A stretch of 64,000 bases of DNA from Auanema rhodensis. Taxonomy: Eukaryota; Animalia; Nematoda. Below, piece after piece: positions 27,201 to 40,955 of the stretch. Every line of letters begins with the position of its first letter. Within the stretch, counting starts at the first letter, position 1. The notes under the pieces are model-generated. The model was not told the DNA's origin and ran no database searches. It worked only from the letters and a program-made list of their open reading frames with translations. The stretch spans positions 15,624,001 through 15,688,000 of the forward strand of contig OZ059896.1 of NCBI GenBank assembly GCA_964057225.1, written 5' to 3'. The translations under genes and the position numbers were made by a program.

Positions 27201-28874
27201 TAAAAGATAGCTAATTTATATAATTTTATTTATATTATATATGTATATTAGATAAGGAAAAAAAGAAGAAAAAGAAGGAAGAGGCAATTTCAAAGCATAA
27301 TTAACATCAAAAATTAGTAATTATATTTGTTTTTTTTTATATTTTGTTTTACAAAATAATATATAAATAACTATAGTTTGAATTGATACAGTTCCTTTTT
27401 TTCTTCTTCTTCAGATTTCTAAAAGAAATTGAAATGAAAATTAGCTGAAATTGTTTGAATAAGAAAGTATTTTTTAATTTAAAAATTAAATAAAAAAATA
27501 ATAGAAAACATTTTTTTTTTATTTGAATGTATATAGACAGATGATAATATATAATTTTATTTAGATTTATCTTTTCATAGTTGTATACATATATCTGTTC
27601 ATTTGTTCAAAAAAAAGTAAGCGAACGTCTTATTTGAACGAAGTAGGAAAGTGAGGAAAAACGAGAACAGAAAAGAGGTGATATGGGAGAAGCCAAACAT
27701 GAAGTATGACTAAGCTAGCTAAGACGAAGTACGTATAAACTAAAGTCCAGATGATGCTAGAGAGATATGTATCTTCCGAATATTTTGAAAAAAAAAAAGA
27801 AATATGGACGTGAACGGGTTCAGTGGTTGAATGTTTTATGAATTAGATTAATAATGAGAAACATAGAGAAACGAAAAAATGAGAGAAGTTGATAAGGAAA
27901 TATGGAAGTAGATTTTCGGAAAATCTTATCATAATTTTCTCAATAATATATAATAATATAGATAGATAGATATATTTTAATAAAAAGAGAAAAAAATAAT
28001 AATAAGATAAGATGTATATATACATATTTTAATTTTCTTTTATATTTTAAATTAGAAATAATTTGTATAGTTATTAAACAAGAATCAAAGAAAAATGAGG
28101 AAGTAGAAAAAGAAAAAATTTAATATTAGGTTTATATAGTAAATTATAATATTTAAAAAATAATAAATTTAAGAAATATATGATCTTAGATGAAATTGTG
28201 AAAAATTTTGATATCATATTCAGCCTTGTCTATAATTTCAAATATATGAATATATAGAAAAGGAAAAAGAAGCACACAATGAGTAGTGTGATTGATTGAG
28301 AGATATGTTTGATTATAAGTTCAACTTTTGAAAAGAAACCTCTGTAAAATGGCTAGAGAGAGATAGAGGGGGTGAGAGAGACAGACAGAGAGAGAGAGAT
28401 GGGAGAGAGAGGGAGAGAGAGAGGGGGAGAGAGGGAGAAAGAGTGGAGGAGGGATGAATGAAAGCAAGGGAATTATGTAGAAGTATAAAGAGAAATATGA
28501 AGGTAGATGCTACATGATATACATATCATGAGATAAAGATTAGGCTGCTTTCAGTTTTCGGGATGTTCCATCATAATCCGACGACGGAATCTTAACTATT
28601 TGCTCTCAACCCATTATCTTAACTTATACATAACACATTAAATATAATATACACGTATATATATATATTTTTTTCTTTTTTAAAATAAAAAAAAACTATA
28701 TAGTAAAATATATCAAAACAATATTCTAAACTATATCTAACTATATACATACGTACATAAATAATTTATAGTTAAAAGTACAAAATAAAATGTAAAATTT
28801 GATTAATTATAAAATCAAAATACATCTAAGATATATTACTATATGTATATACATTTACATATAGTTAAGTTAAA

Positions 28875-28906
<32 letters not shown>

Positions 28907-29309
28907 TTAGTATTAGATTTCAAATTGTTTTCTTTTTCTTTTTTTTTGAAAAAACATATACATAACTATAATAATGATAATAACTACAAATAAAGAATGA
29001 ATATACATACATATATGTATGTATGTAGTCCTATATGATGATTATAATATTCAGAATATTTAAACTAATTGATCATTTTTCTTCTCTTTTTGATTTTTTT
29101 TATATAAACCATATGATTTAACATAAAATGAAAACATTCAGATGAATAAGTTTTAATTTAATTTAATCCTATAATTATCATAGTGATTAGAAAAGGATTT
29201 ATTTTAAATGCAGATGATTAAAATAAAATGAAAATGATTGAGATTTGAACATTTTAAAAGGACTTGTTGAGTCAAATGTTTTAAAAAAATATATTAAGAA
29301 TAAATGATT

Positions 29310-29312
<3 letters not shown>

Positions 29313-29367
<55 letters not shown>
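29313..29367. repeat. (AG)n microsatellite
   Basis: Directly visible. Confidence 0.95.
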
Positions 29368-29370
<3 letters not shown>

Positions 29371-30205
29371 AAAGAAGAAAAGAGATAGAATGGGCTGGAT
29401 TCCATAAATGAGGAAAGGAGAGAATCTATGAGGGCAACAACCGTGTTATGTGGTCTGACGTCGAAAAATGAAAAACGTTTGACGTATTTGACGCTGATTT
29501 TCACGTGAGTGTGCATATACATACATTCATGTATTGGTAGATATCGTATTTAATGAGATAAAAGCTTAAAGATGAGATAAAAAGGTTTTTTTATAGATGA
29601 AAAATTGATTTTAAAAGGTTTTTGAGCTTCATCCAAACATTAACATATACGTATTTGAAGTTAATATGTTTTTAATTAACTATATACATATGTATATATA
29701 ATATATATGATCATTTAATCTAAAATTTTTATTTTATAATTGAATTTTATTTTATTTTCTAAATTTAATAATATTATATAATGTTTAAATAGATGAAATA
29801 AATACAAAAAAAATTTAAATTATCATAATTGAAAGAAAAAAGAAAAATTGAACTTTATTAATTTATTGTTTAATTTTTGATCAAATTATACGGTACATCA
29901 GATATAGAATTATTTTAAAATTGTCTATTTCGAACAATCTCTCTCTATCTTTTTTTTCTCTCTTCCACTCACTCACTCACTCTCTCTCTTTATTGGGCTC
30001 TTTTACCCTTTTGACTTGTCTCTCTCACTGTTCAAAGTTCTAAGTTATAAGTTGGTGATAAATTTATGCTCGAAGAGACTGATTGTCATGATCATTGGAA
30101 GACTGATGAATCAGGTTTATTTCCATTTGAGGCCATTAATGGGTAAGCATTGCTCAACAAAAGGAAATTAAACTCTTTGGCTTTACATTAGAAATAACAA
30201 GAAGC

Positions 30206-30225
30206 AGAGAGAAAGAGAGAGAGAG

Positions 30226-30288
<63 letters not shown>
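30206..30288. repeat. (AG)n microsatellite
   Basis: Directly visible. Confidence 0.95.
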
Positions 30289-30290
<2 letters not shown>

Positions 30291-32593
30291 AAAGAGAGAG
30301 TACGTGAAATGGTTAAGAAGATTAAAAAAAAAAACAAATTCAAAGGATTCAAAGACCATTATACACAGTATAAACGATTTCACTTTGATTATAAATGAAA
30401 AGCCAGAAGTTTCAAAACATATTGCACGTTTGAATATCATTATTTTAATTATTAACAAATAACTTTTTCTTTATCTTCTTATAAAAAAAATTAAAATTAA
30501 TATATAATGTATGTGCAACGTGAAATCATGTTTGTTTGTTATCAGGTTTCTTAGACGGATTTCTTCTTTTTTCTTTTATTTCTTCAAGATTAATGAGAAA
30601 ATAAATGATTGAATGAAGATGATATTATCATAGGAGCATTGTTGCCATTTTTGATTTGAATTTGTAACATTTCCTCATTAACTTTATCAGTTTAAAAGAT
30701 TAGAATTACATGAAAAAACGTGTATTTATTAAAGAATTAAAAATATTATGCAAGATTCTATACTAAAGCAAAGCTCAAATGATAAAGAGATCTTTGAAAT
30801 GTAAAGAAAGAGAAAAGAAGAGAGATTTGAAAGATACGTTTGAAGAAAGTTTTGAAGGTTTAATATGAATCAGACGACAAAGTAAGACAACTCTACAGAG
30901 TTGCAACAACCTGAAGTTGCTGATACTGAACAGAATTGCAAATTCAGATAGTTTCGATTAAAAGTTTTTAACTTTTCTTGTTGGCTAAATGTGGAATCGT
31001 GCCAAAAATTGAGAAAAGATGGAATGAGATAGAGAGAAACAGAAACAGATTGAGAGAGGAAGAGAGGGAAAAAGAGGAAACGAAGAACGGATGAAGGTAG
31101 AAGTTAGAGAGAAGAGGGGAAGAGAATAAAAAAGAGAAGAGGGTAGGGTAGATAAAAAATCCTTAAATGGCATTACTATGTGATTTTGAGAGCAAATTGC
31201 AGCATTTTTCTGGTGCCAACGGCTTTTCACTCAAGCGTTAAGCTGACATTGAAAATCATGTTGAACATAATTGAAACGATGATTCTTATGAATGTGAATA
31301 TAAGAAATAATAGAAGAAAAAGATGAAAATGTATTTTAAAAAAAATATTAAAAAGAAAGAAAATTCAAAATGATATTCATTTAATTTCATTAATCTCTTA
31401 TCTAAATCCGTTGAATATGAGACAATATTCACATAGTATAATATATTTCATCCATATATTAATAATTATTATTTTATCATATTCATCACTGATTTCAATT
31501 TTCAGTATTCAGTATGTTCTATTTCTCAAAAAAAAAATTCAAAAAAGTGTGGAAAGCGTAGTAGTTAAAGACAACGCGAGGCTGCTTGTTGAAGTTGACG
31601 CTGCTCATTTCTTCTCATATTTCTTTTTTTCATCCATATAATGCTGTAGCATGTGGTATGTAGGTCAATCAGAACTTTTTTTTCGTTCTTTCCACCACTT
31701 TCCATAATCGGAAAAGTTCATTTGAAAAGCTTGACATAGCTAATAGCTAGGACATGCTACTTAAATCAAAACCTCATTTGAAATTCAGGAAGAAACTATG
31801 ATGGTTAAGCAAATAAAGCAAATATATATTCTTATAGTTAGTTTATATAGGAAATCATAATCATGTTAGATTCTACGATATTCATCATCAACTTTGATTA
31901 TTTTCCGTCATGTGAACGGAAATCTGCAAGCTGTAGGTGCATCCATCTATCCATTCCGTCCGTCCGTCCGTCATCATCAGCATGTTAATGACATAATTGC
32001 ATATCCGCATCGTTTTTTAATCATTTCATCCTCGTGTGAAAGAAAAAAAATTTATTTTCCTGCTTTAATCTGCAAATAGTGGAGTTATCCTAAAAAAAAT
32101 ATATAAATTGGTATATAAATTATATTAAAAATATAAAAAAAATTTGAAAAAAAAAACAATTATTCAGAAATTTGTTTGCTACTTTATTAGTTCACGAAGC
32201 ATAATTTAGAGAGTATTTTTCAAGTTTTTTTAATATTTTGAATTGAATAAAGTGTTTGATTTTTGTATATTTATCAAAATGCATACAACATTATCATAAA
32301 GAATATATATTTTTTGAAAAAAAAAATAAAAAATAATTGTTTTATTATTATAAAAAATAAAAAATACTATAGAAGATATGTATATATATATATATATAAG
32401 AAAAATTATTATCAAACTATGTTTTAAAAAAAATGGAATAAAACTTATTCTGAATGAATGATCTTGAAGAAAAGAAAAATGATAATACCCGTGCTAATTT
32501 GTGAAATTCAACAATTTTGAATTGAAACATAAAAAATAAATTTTATAAGAAAGATAGAAAGAAAAAGAGAAATGATATCTGATATGTTTATTC

Positions 32594-35500
32594 TTAAAAT
32601 CGTGAACATTCTTCTTCTTCTGGATTAAGATGATGTAGTGAGGTTGGTGATTCTGATCGTTTTAGCTCAGAGACGTTTTGACCTTAAAATTGTTTTTAAC
32701 TAAGAATGAGATAACTGTGATGATTACCCATTTGCTCTTGGAATTTCCGTTGATCTCTTACCAAACACAAAGCTGTTACAAAGTATAAAACAGCAGAAAT
32801 AGCTAATAATGGTACTGCTATAGAACAAGCTTTAACTAATGCCCAATACTGATCATATGGTTGAACAGAGCCTTTACGAATAGCATCCGATATCTATAAA
32901 TTAATTTTAATTATGTTCAGATCATTTATATTTATATTAATTAAATATATGACATCATCTATATATATAGTTATATGAGTAAGATGTAATGACGTGGAGT
33001 TTCATGTAGAGCTTCACGTGGAGCTTCACGTAAAAAAAAAGTGTTTTAAACTTTGTTTGCAGATTAAGACTTGAGCTGTTGTGTTTCATATTGTCGGTTG
33101 AACAAATCTAGATCAGTTCAATAGAAAGAGAGAGAGAGAAATAGAGAGTGAGAGAGAGAGAGAGAGAAAGAGAGAGTACAGGTAGGAAGATAGGAAACGA
33201 TATTAAAGAGAAAAATAGAAAAAAAAATTTCATCTTATCAATCGGATCATTCTCGTTTTTACAAAAGTTACATGTGTTTTTGATGAATCATAACTTATAT
33301 AAAAGAATATTCTTTGAAATATATCTTTTAGAGCATTAGACTACATTAAGAGAGAGGGAGATTGAGGTAGAAAGGTATTCCAAGTTTATTATTATAAGTT
33401 TTAAAAAAAAAATATTTTTAGATGAAATATACTTGATATTTCTAAAACAAGTTTAACCGGAAATGAAAATGGTGTTCTTAAACTTATGAAAGTTTTTGAC
33501 ATTTTCGAAGAAAAAATTGAAAAAAAGTATTTTATGATTCTTAGACTTTCAACGATTTCGTTGTGAGAGACATAAAATTCATAAATGTTGAAAAGAGTTT
33601 GAATTTTGAATGCTGTTTAAAGCATAATAGCTGTATAGATATTAAACTTCAAAACGATTATTTGGTTGAGGATGAATTGATTTGTAACTTACAACTCCAA
33701 TCAAATAAGGTCCAGTTGCATCACCAAACAAATGAGAAATAAGCATAAAGTATGAGAATGCTGTACTACGACGAGATGGTATGATAACAGTCTGTAAGAT
33801 TATATTAAAATAATTATTTATATTATAATATTTATATGAAATTACTAAAAATTGAATTACCATTAACATATCAACGTTAAGACCCCAATTGAGCGAGAGG
33901 AATGTAACCAAAATGAACAATAAGACCTGTAAATTAAGAATTTTTTATAAAAAATACAATAATAAATTTACCCAGAGCATAGGTAAACTTTTGTGTCCAA
34001 AAAGGAAAACAATCGTAAGAATTGGAGCAGAAACCAAGGCTCCGAATCCGGATACAAGTGGCTGTGCGCGAGGTGTTTGAATTTTTTTGAATGGTCCAGT
34101 TCCGTTTTTGATTAACTAAAACAAATATTTTATGAATTATTTTTTTAATTTTCAAACTTACTCCAGCTATTACAGTACCAAGTGTGACGCCAAGCAATCC
34201 AGCAACTGTGGTAATTCCTCCAAAGATGATACCAATACTATAAGATTATAATATCAAATTATTTGAAATAAATGAATTTCTTACGAATTAGTATCAGATA
34301 CAGAAATATCTCCATCACTTGTTAATGTTTTATTTTGATCAATACCCATTAGATATTCAATCACTGTTGGCTCCCACCATGTTAAGGTTCCTGTCACGAA
34401 AACCAGAGCTGTATATCCCCATGTGCATGCAATGAATGTTGGTCTGCAAAGAATTCTGTGAATAAAATTATTTTCATTGAAGTTATACATGCAGATAAGT
34501 GCTTTCAAATCTTCCCAGTATGTGCCAGCAACTTCGTTCGTTTCTTTGGCTCCATCTGTTGCTTCAGCTCCACCTCGAACAGGTTCATGTACGAATAGAA
34601 TGAAGAAAATAGTTGCTACGCCCCCTGAACAATTCAGAAAGATTTTACTGATCGGAATGTCAATTCCAAGAAATCATACCTGCTAAGGCTGTAACTCTAA
34701 CACCCCAATACCATGTGTGTGTAAGAGCATAGAAATTTGAACCGATTACAAATCCGAGACCACTGAAATAGCACGGAATTAGATAAGATTCATGAGTGTT
34801 AGACAATAAATTTTAAAAGAAAAGAGTTTATTGTTGAGATCAAAAGAACAGATTTTTTAACATTTGTTCTTAAATTGAACGTCTGTAACATACCTTCCAA
34901 CTGGGACAGCAAAGTAGAAAAGCATATACATGCGACTTCTTGCAACTCCGGTAAACATGTCAGAGATAAGAGATGGTGAAACATTGGAATATGATGCTTC
35001 TCCAATACCAACTAAGCCTCGGAATAATAAGAAAAGCCAAAAATGCTGTAAAGAAATTTTGAAAAAATAATTGAGAAAATGCAGAAATCATACCTGGCTC
35101 GGGACAAATGTGGAAGCAAGTACGGCGCCAAGCCAGATAGCCACACCAACCATAATTATGAGTTTCCGGTTGTAACTGTAAGCTAATGTTGTATATAAAA
35201 TTTAAAAAATAATTTAATCAATAGATCAATACTGACCGATCTCCCAAATAGCCACAAACGGGAGATCCAACCATGAAAAAGGCTAAGAATACGGTTTGAA
35301 TTAAACCAGCTTGTCCGTCATCAATATGATAAAAGTCTTGAACTTCAGTTAAAACTCCTAGAAAATTTAGAAGTGTTTAGATAGATTATATTATATAATT
35401 ACCAGCTACAGTATATCTATCAACATAATTCAAAAGATTAATTATAAATAGAATAACTATGCTAATATATTCACGACGTCCGTTAACCATGACGGGCTGT

Positions 35501-35854
35501 CCTTCGATTTTTTTTTCAGCTAAAAATTATATTTTTCATTATTTTTTATATTTGTAATACTAAATCTAAAAGGGTGAAACATAGGTCAAGTATACATAAC
35601 TACATAAGGGAATGATGTACTAACGTTTTACTATAAAAGAGAAAACGAGGGAGGAAGGGAGGGGAAATAGTGAGATGGAAAGGCAAAGGTATACAAATCT
35701 AACAAGAGTCTACAGATTTAAAAGTTGCAGAATCTAATCAAAACTTTATTTCTTCATAATATATGTTTAAAAGTTTTCAAGTTTTGTATTCGTTTGATAA
35801 ACTTAGTTTGAAATATTTTCTATTCTTACGTTTGAATAAGGAGAGTATGCACAT
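32594..35854 (-). CDS. spin-1: Spinster-family lysosomal MFS transporter (specific paralogue uncertain)
   Basis: INLLNYVDRYTVAG, GYLGDRYNRK, FRGLVGIGEASYS, FYFAVPVGSGLG, EPVRGGAE, NWGLNVDMLM, SHLFGDATGPYLIG are Spinster hallmarks. The start exon at 35854 is tentative. Confidence 0.95.
32992..33032. repeat. Tandem 12-mer (ACGTGGAGCTTC) x~3.4 in a Spinster intron
   Basis: acgtggagtttc atgtagagcttc acgtggagcttc acgta. Confidence 0.8.
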
Positions 35855-36761
35855 GATGCTTCAGGTTCTTGCTGCCGCTGTTTCCTGATCTCTCACACCA
35901 ATGGAATTATGGGGAGACAAGAGAAGAAGTGAATGTAAAAGTGGGAGGGAGAGATGAAAGAGAAAGAGTAAGGTTAGATTGGAAGAACAGATTTATTGTT
36001 ACGATCTATTCAATAAAAAATGAAATTTCGAGAGTCATCATTGAAAGAAGGTGATAGAGAAAGCTTTTATATGAAAAAAAACGAATTTCAGTTAATGATT
36101 CATGATTAACTGAAGTGAGGTCGGTTAGATCATAGTAAATAACTACTGATTCATCAGAATATATTGTTTAAGAAGAAATTATATATTATCTGAACGGGTA
36201 TTTGAAAGAGAAATGTGTACTTTCGTCCATATTTCACGAGCAAAACCTCTGAGAGTTATGAAATTAAATTAATGAGGTTTGGCTCAAAAGCCTATCTCTG
36301 GTTAAAGAAGTTTGATAGAGCAACTGTCCCACACATTCACTCATATACAAGAGCCGTACATGGCGAATGATTTTGGTTGAGAAGCATATGAGAGGGGGAG
36401 GAGGAGTTGAGACATTCGATGTCGACAACGACAATGAGAAGAAAGAATGATGGAGTGATGATGATCTGTTTGTTTTGGTATGCCTATATGAATTCAATCG
36501 CCTATTATCATTTGATCTATTACGTCTATGCTTTGTATTCAATCTCTCTTCAATTTCTTATTCAAATGATATATCTCTCAGCTCTTATCTCATACTCAGC
36601 TTTCGATGATTTTAACCTGAGAAGGAAGTTCGGCAAAAGGCTTTAAAGCTCATTAATACCTCAGCTAGCTAAACAATTCGCTTTCTATCTTAGGACAGGT
36701 GTGGAAGATCATTTCATCTAAGAGAATAAGAATGATTGAGATAGGTTAAAGTGAAGATTGA

Positions 36762-36828
<67 letters not shown>
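36762..36828. repeat. (AG)n microsatellite
   Basis: Directly visible. Confidence 0.95.
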
Positions 36829-36834
<6 letters not shown>

Positions 36835-38429
36835 TGACATAGGTGATCGGACAGATTAATGAACAAACAAACAAATGGACAGACAAACAACTTTCCACAT
36901 CTATGAGACATTGTACATAACATTAGTTTCCTGAATTATCATTATTTAGGAAAATTATAATATTTTATACGTATAAATTAACTTTTGTGTACATTTAACC
37001 TACCCACAAACATGTGTTTGAACATCCTTATCAAGACATTTGTCATGTTGACTTCTATTAATATAAAAATTATTTTAATATTTAAATTAAAAAAATAAAA
37101 AATTTCAATTTAAGTTTAAAATGAAGTGATTGAAGCATTTACGGCCCATGCTGTTTCTGTTGAAAACCTCATATTCCTTTAGATACAAGATGGTTTGTGA
37201 GATAAGAAGCTAGCTTGTAGTAAAATGATTATCAAATTTCATTTAAGTGCTACGTTAAAAGTATTAAAATTCTCTTAAAAATATAAAAATCATATCGTTT
37301 CTATTTGATAAAAAACAATTGAATTATTTAATAATTTTACTTCATCTATCATGGATTATGACAGTTCATTCACAATTATGTTCAGTTTTCTAATAATTAT
37401 GAGAAAAAAAAGAATAAAACAATTGCTGAAATAGATTTTTTAAAATAATATTATTAGTAAGAAAATTAATTTATTTTATATTTTTACTTCAATACAATCT
37501 GTAAAATCTTATTTTCAAGAATTTTTAGATTTTATGTGAAGACAACAAACATATTTAACAAGAATTGTGAGAAAGTAAATGAAAGTATATATGAAACTTT
37601 CTTCGTTTCCGTCTTTAATTCAAAGAAAAATCAAGAAAAAAAGATTATAAAAGGTCAGTTTAAGGTGATATCATCAACTTGTTTTTCAGACAAATTACTA
37701 TTTGACCTAGACAAATAGAACTTTTCAATCTGTCTGTTGATGTTCCATCACTTACGATTAGAGATTAAGAGAAAATCTTTATTTGGTAAAACGAAAAAGT
37801 TGAAAATTTACTAAAAGAATATTTTGAAGATAAACTTGAAAATCATGAAACGCTTAATCTACTAACATGCTGCAACGTAATAGTAGTGTTCCGACTGATG
37901 ACGACTGCAATTCATGTAAGGTCATATGAACGTTTTCAAAATTAAGTGATTGATACTGATGATGCCTACTGAATTCCAAAAAAAGTTTTAGGTTCCACTG
38001 ATTTAAAAAGAAAAAAAAAGTTTGTAAATCAATAATATTTATTTATTTATTATTACTATTGTTTCAAAATAATATTTATTTAGTCTATGATTCATATGAA
38101 AATCTATTTCTAATCTCGCAAGTTCATGCTTTGAAATATTTGAAAATTCATGAAAAACGTGATATGATTAAGATAAAGAAAAAGAAGAATGAATAAACTT
38201 AGATGTATACTAATACAAATATCTTTTTCAAATATTAAAAATAATATTTTATAAATATATGTATTTATTTATATAATAATAAATATTTTAATAATTATAT
38301 CTTTTAATAAAATGTTTTTTTTTAATTTTGTTTGAAGTTTGATGTCAAAATAGAAAAAGAAAGTATAGAATATTGTCTTTTTTATAAAAGAACAAGACAA
38401 TACATGAGAAGAAGAAAGAAACTAATTAG

Positions 38430-38433
<4 letters not shown>

Positions 38434-38486
<53 letters not shown>
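38434..38486. repeat. (AG)n microsatellite
   Basis: Directly visible. Confidence 0.95.
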
Positions 38487-38490
<4 letters not shown>

Positions 38491-40666
38491 AAATGTACGG
38501 TAATAAATGATTTAAAAGCTTTCAATGTGATTTTCTTATCTTAATTGGTTGTAAAGTTGAACATAATTTTGTTGAGCTCACACCTTTAGTGAGAGATTTT
38601 TAATGAATATTTTAAAGAGAATAAAAACTTTTTTGATTGAAAATTAAACTAAAGTTTATAATTAAAATCTTAAAAAATAGTTTAATCTATATATTATATA
38701 ATTATTTTATTAATTTATAGTTAATTGAAATGAAAAGCAAATTTTATACAAAAAGAGAAAAATTGCCGTGAATTACAGCTGTCTAAACATTCTATCTCTA
38801 TATTTCAAGAAAATTAATATTAATTTTTGTTTTTTTAAAGATAAAAATTAAGTTCAAGTTTGAAGCTAATGCTGAATCCTTAACTCTAAACTCTTTTTAA
38901 ATAAGAGCGGAATCTGATTTTCAACAGAAGAAGACCAATTCAAAATATTATAAGTAAAAAGATCCGAAAGAAGGAAATCTGAAGACAGTTGTCTGAAAAG
39001 AGAACTAGACAGATGTACATTGAGATGTATATGGCATTGGTAATCAGTCTTACAGTCGTTATTGCTAGATTATTAAGCGAATTATCATTTATAGTCAATT
39101 ATTAGGTAATGTTTAGATAATAGAAAACATAAAATTTGCTATTAATTGGTTTCACACCCTTGTTCAACAAGTGCTGAAGATGAATTTGATAACTGTTTGA
39201 ATCTGATGTTTCTCTCTCTCTTTTTCTCTTTCTCTCTCCTTTTCTCTCTCTCTCTCTCTCTCATTCTATCCTATTCATTAGATCAAATGAGAACAAAGGA
39301 ATCAAAATGTAATATGAAAAATTGAATATATTCTTACAAAGATATTTATTTATTTTATAATAATTAAATATTGAAAGTTTAAAAGTTCAAAATGAGCTAT
39401 TTAAGATTAAAAATTTTTTTTTAAAAATTCTCAATTTTTTTAGATTAATCGTAAAAAAATTATTGATATTGTTAACTATTAAAAATATGAAATTGATGTC
39501 TACACGACGGAATCTCTTTTCATCTTTTCACTCCGTTTAGTTTCTTCTGATTTCAAGTCATTCCATAATTATATTTACAAATTTAATAGATTTTAATGGT
39601 AAATTGTGGTCTTTTTAATTCTTTTTATCTATCTTTGATATTCTTTATTCTATTTAATGTTATATTCCAATGTTTTATTACCGAATCTATAATCAATCTA
39701 TATATATATATATATAAAACGTTAAGAAACAATAAATACTTTCTGAACTATGTAGTAAATCTGTTCAATCCTAAGATAAATGGAGATACATTCAGTATAC
39801 AAGATGAAAGCTCAAAAGACACAGCCGCGATGTCTCCAAAATTTCTTCGAAAACCACAATGTAGAAGTTCGTGAACTGTTGGCTTCCAAAGCAGAACTTC
39901 AGATCTTGTTTTTGGGTCTGAAATTTGAAATCTGCCCTGATTAATCATGATCTTCATTTCTTAAACATATACTTATATAGATATATATTCTATTATAATT
40001 AATATTATATGTATTAAGTTAAATTTAAAAAGAGAAAAAAATCAAGAAAAGCTTTTATATAACCGTTCTGTGAAGCAATAAATGTTTAAATGACTTGGAA
40101 AGGTACGATAACATCAAATCACAACTTTCACAACTTTCACGCACTTTCTTCCAGGACAAACTGATAGCATAGAACTAATGATTTCAATAATTTTCTTCCT
40201 CAAGAGAAGTATTTTATTTTAAAAAAAGATAAAAAAGAAAAAGGGAGATAGAGAAAGAAATAGAGAGGGGGGGGGTGAAGGAGGAATAGAATTTTTTTCT
40301 TCAAATTAAATGATTTATTTAGATTATAACTTTGCCGATCAGTTCCTTGTCTAATATTGTTCGAACTAACACAAGATGGTAATTCAAATGAATAGTCAGA
40401 CAGGTACTAATCAAACCTGTCAGAGCTCTTGAGCTTTGCTTCATTCTGACACTTGTCTCACTTGAGCTTTCTGTCTTGCTCCCTCTTTTTCTTATTAAAC
40501 TTTATCTTCATCTCTTCTCATTATATCTAAGCTAAACCTCTCGTCTCATAGCTAACTCACATATAATCTTGATATATCTCTTGACTAATCATTCCATTTT
40601 CTCAATATAAACTGTTTGCCAAGCCGGACATTACTTGTCGGTCGACATCAAAACTTTCCTCACAAA

Positions 40667-40725
40667 CTCCGCCCACGTTTGATGAGTAGCCACTGGTAGC
40701 AAGAGGCAGCCATAGCCCCGCCCAC
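40667..40725 (+). promoter_or_regulatory. Two Sp1/KLF-type GC-boxes (CCGCCCAC) upstream of the WAP/TY gene
   Basis: ctccgcccac and ccccgcccac lie ~230-290 bp upstream of ATG 40956. Confidence 0.5.
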
Positions 40726-40955
40726 CAATTACAACAACTACATCAACTACAACTACTGTGATTCCAAGTTATTATCATAAAAATTTTATATTATTAACTA
40801 AAATTAATCTAATTATTCTCATCTAAATAAACAATATTGTTCATATTTTCTAAAACAATAAATAAACAACAACAAATAAATAGTTATTTTATTATATTTA
40901 TATAAACTAGAATTATTACACGAACGAGATCTCTTCATGCTCTCTATTGTGCATT

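Noticed and set aside
33363-33384. let-7 seed TGAGGTAG
   Set aside because: No complementary arm for a hairpin.
6878-38544. Many 60-180 aa ORFs rich in SLSLSL or RERERE
   Set aside because: Translations of (CT)n/(AG)n microsatellites and AT-rich DNA, with no splice or domain support.
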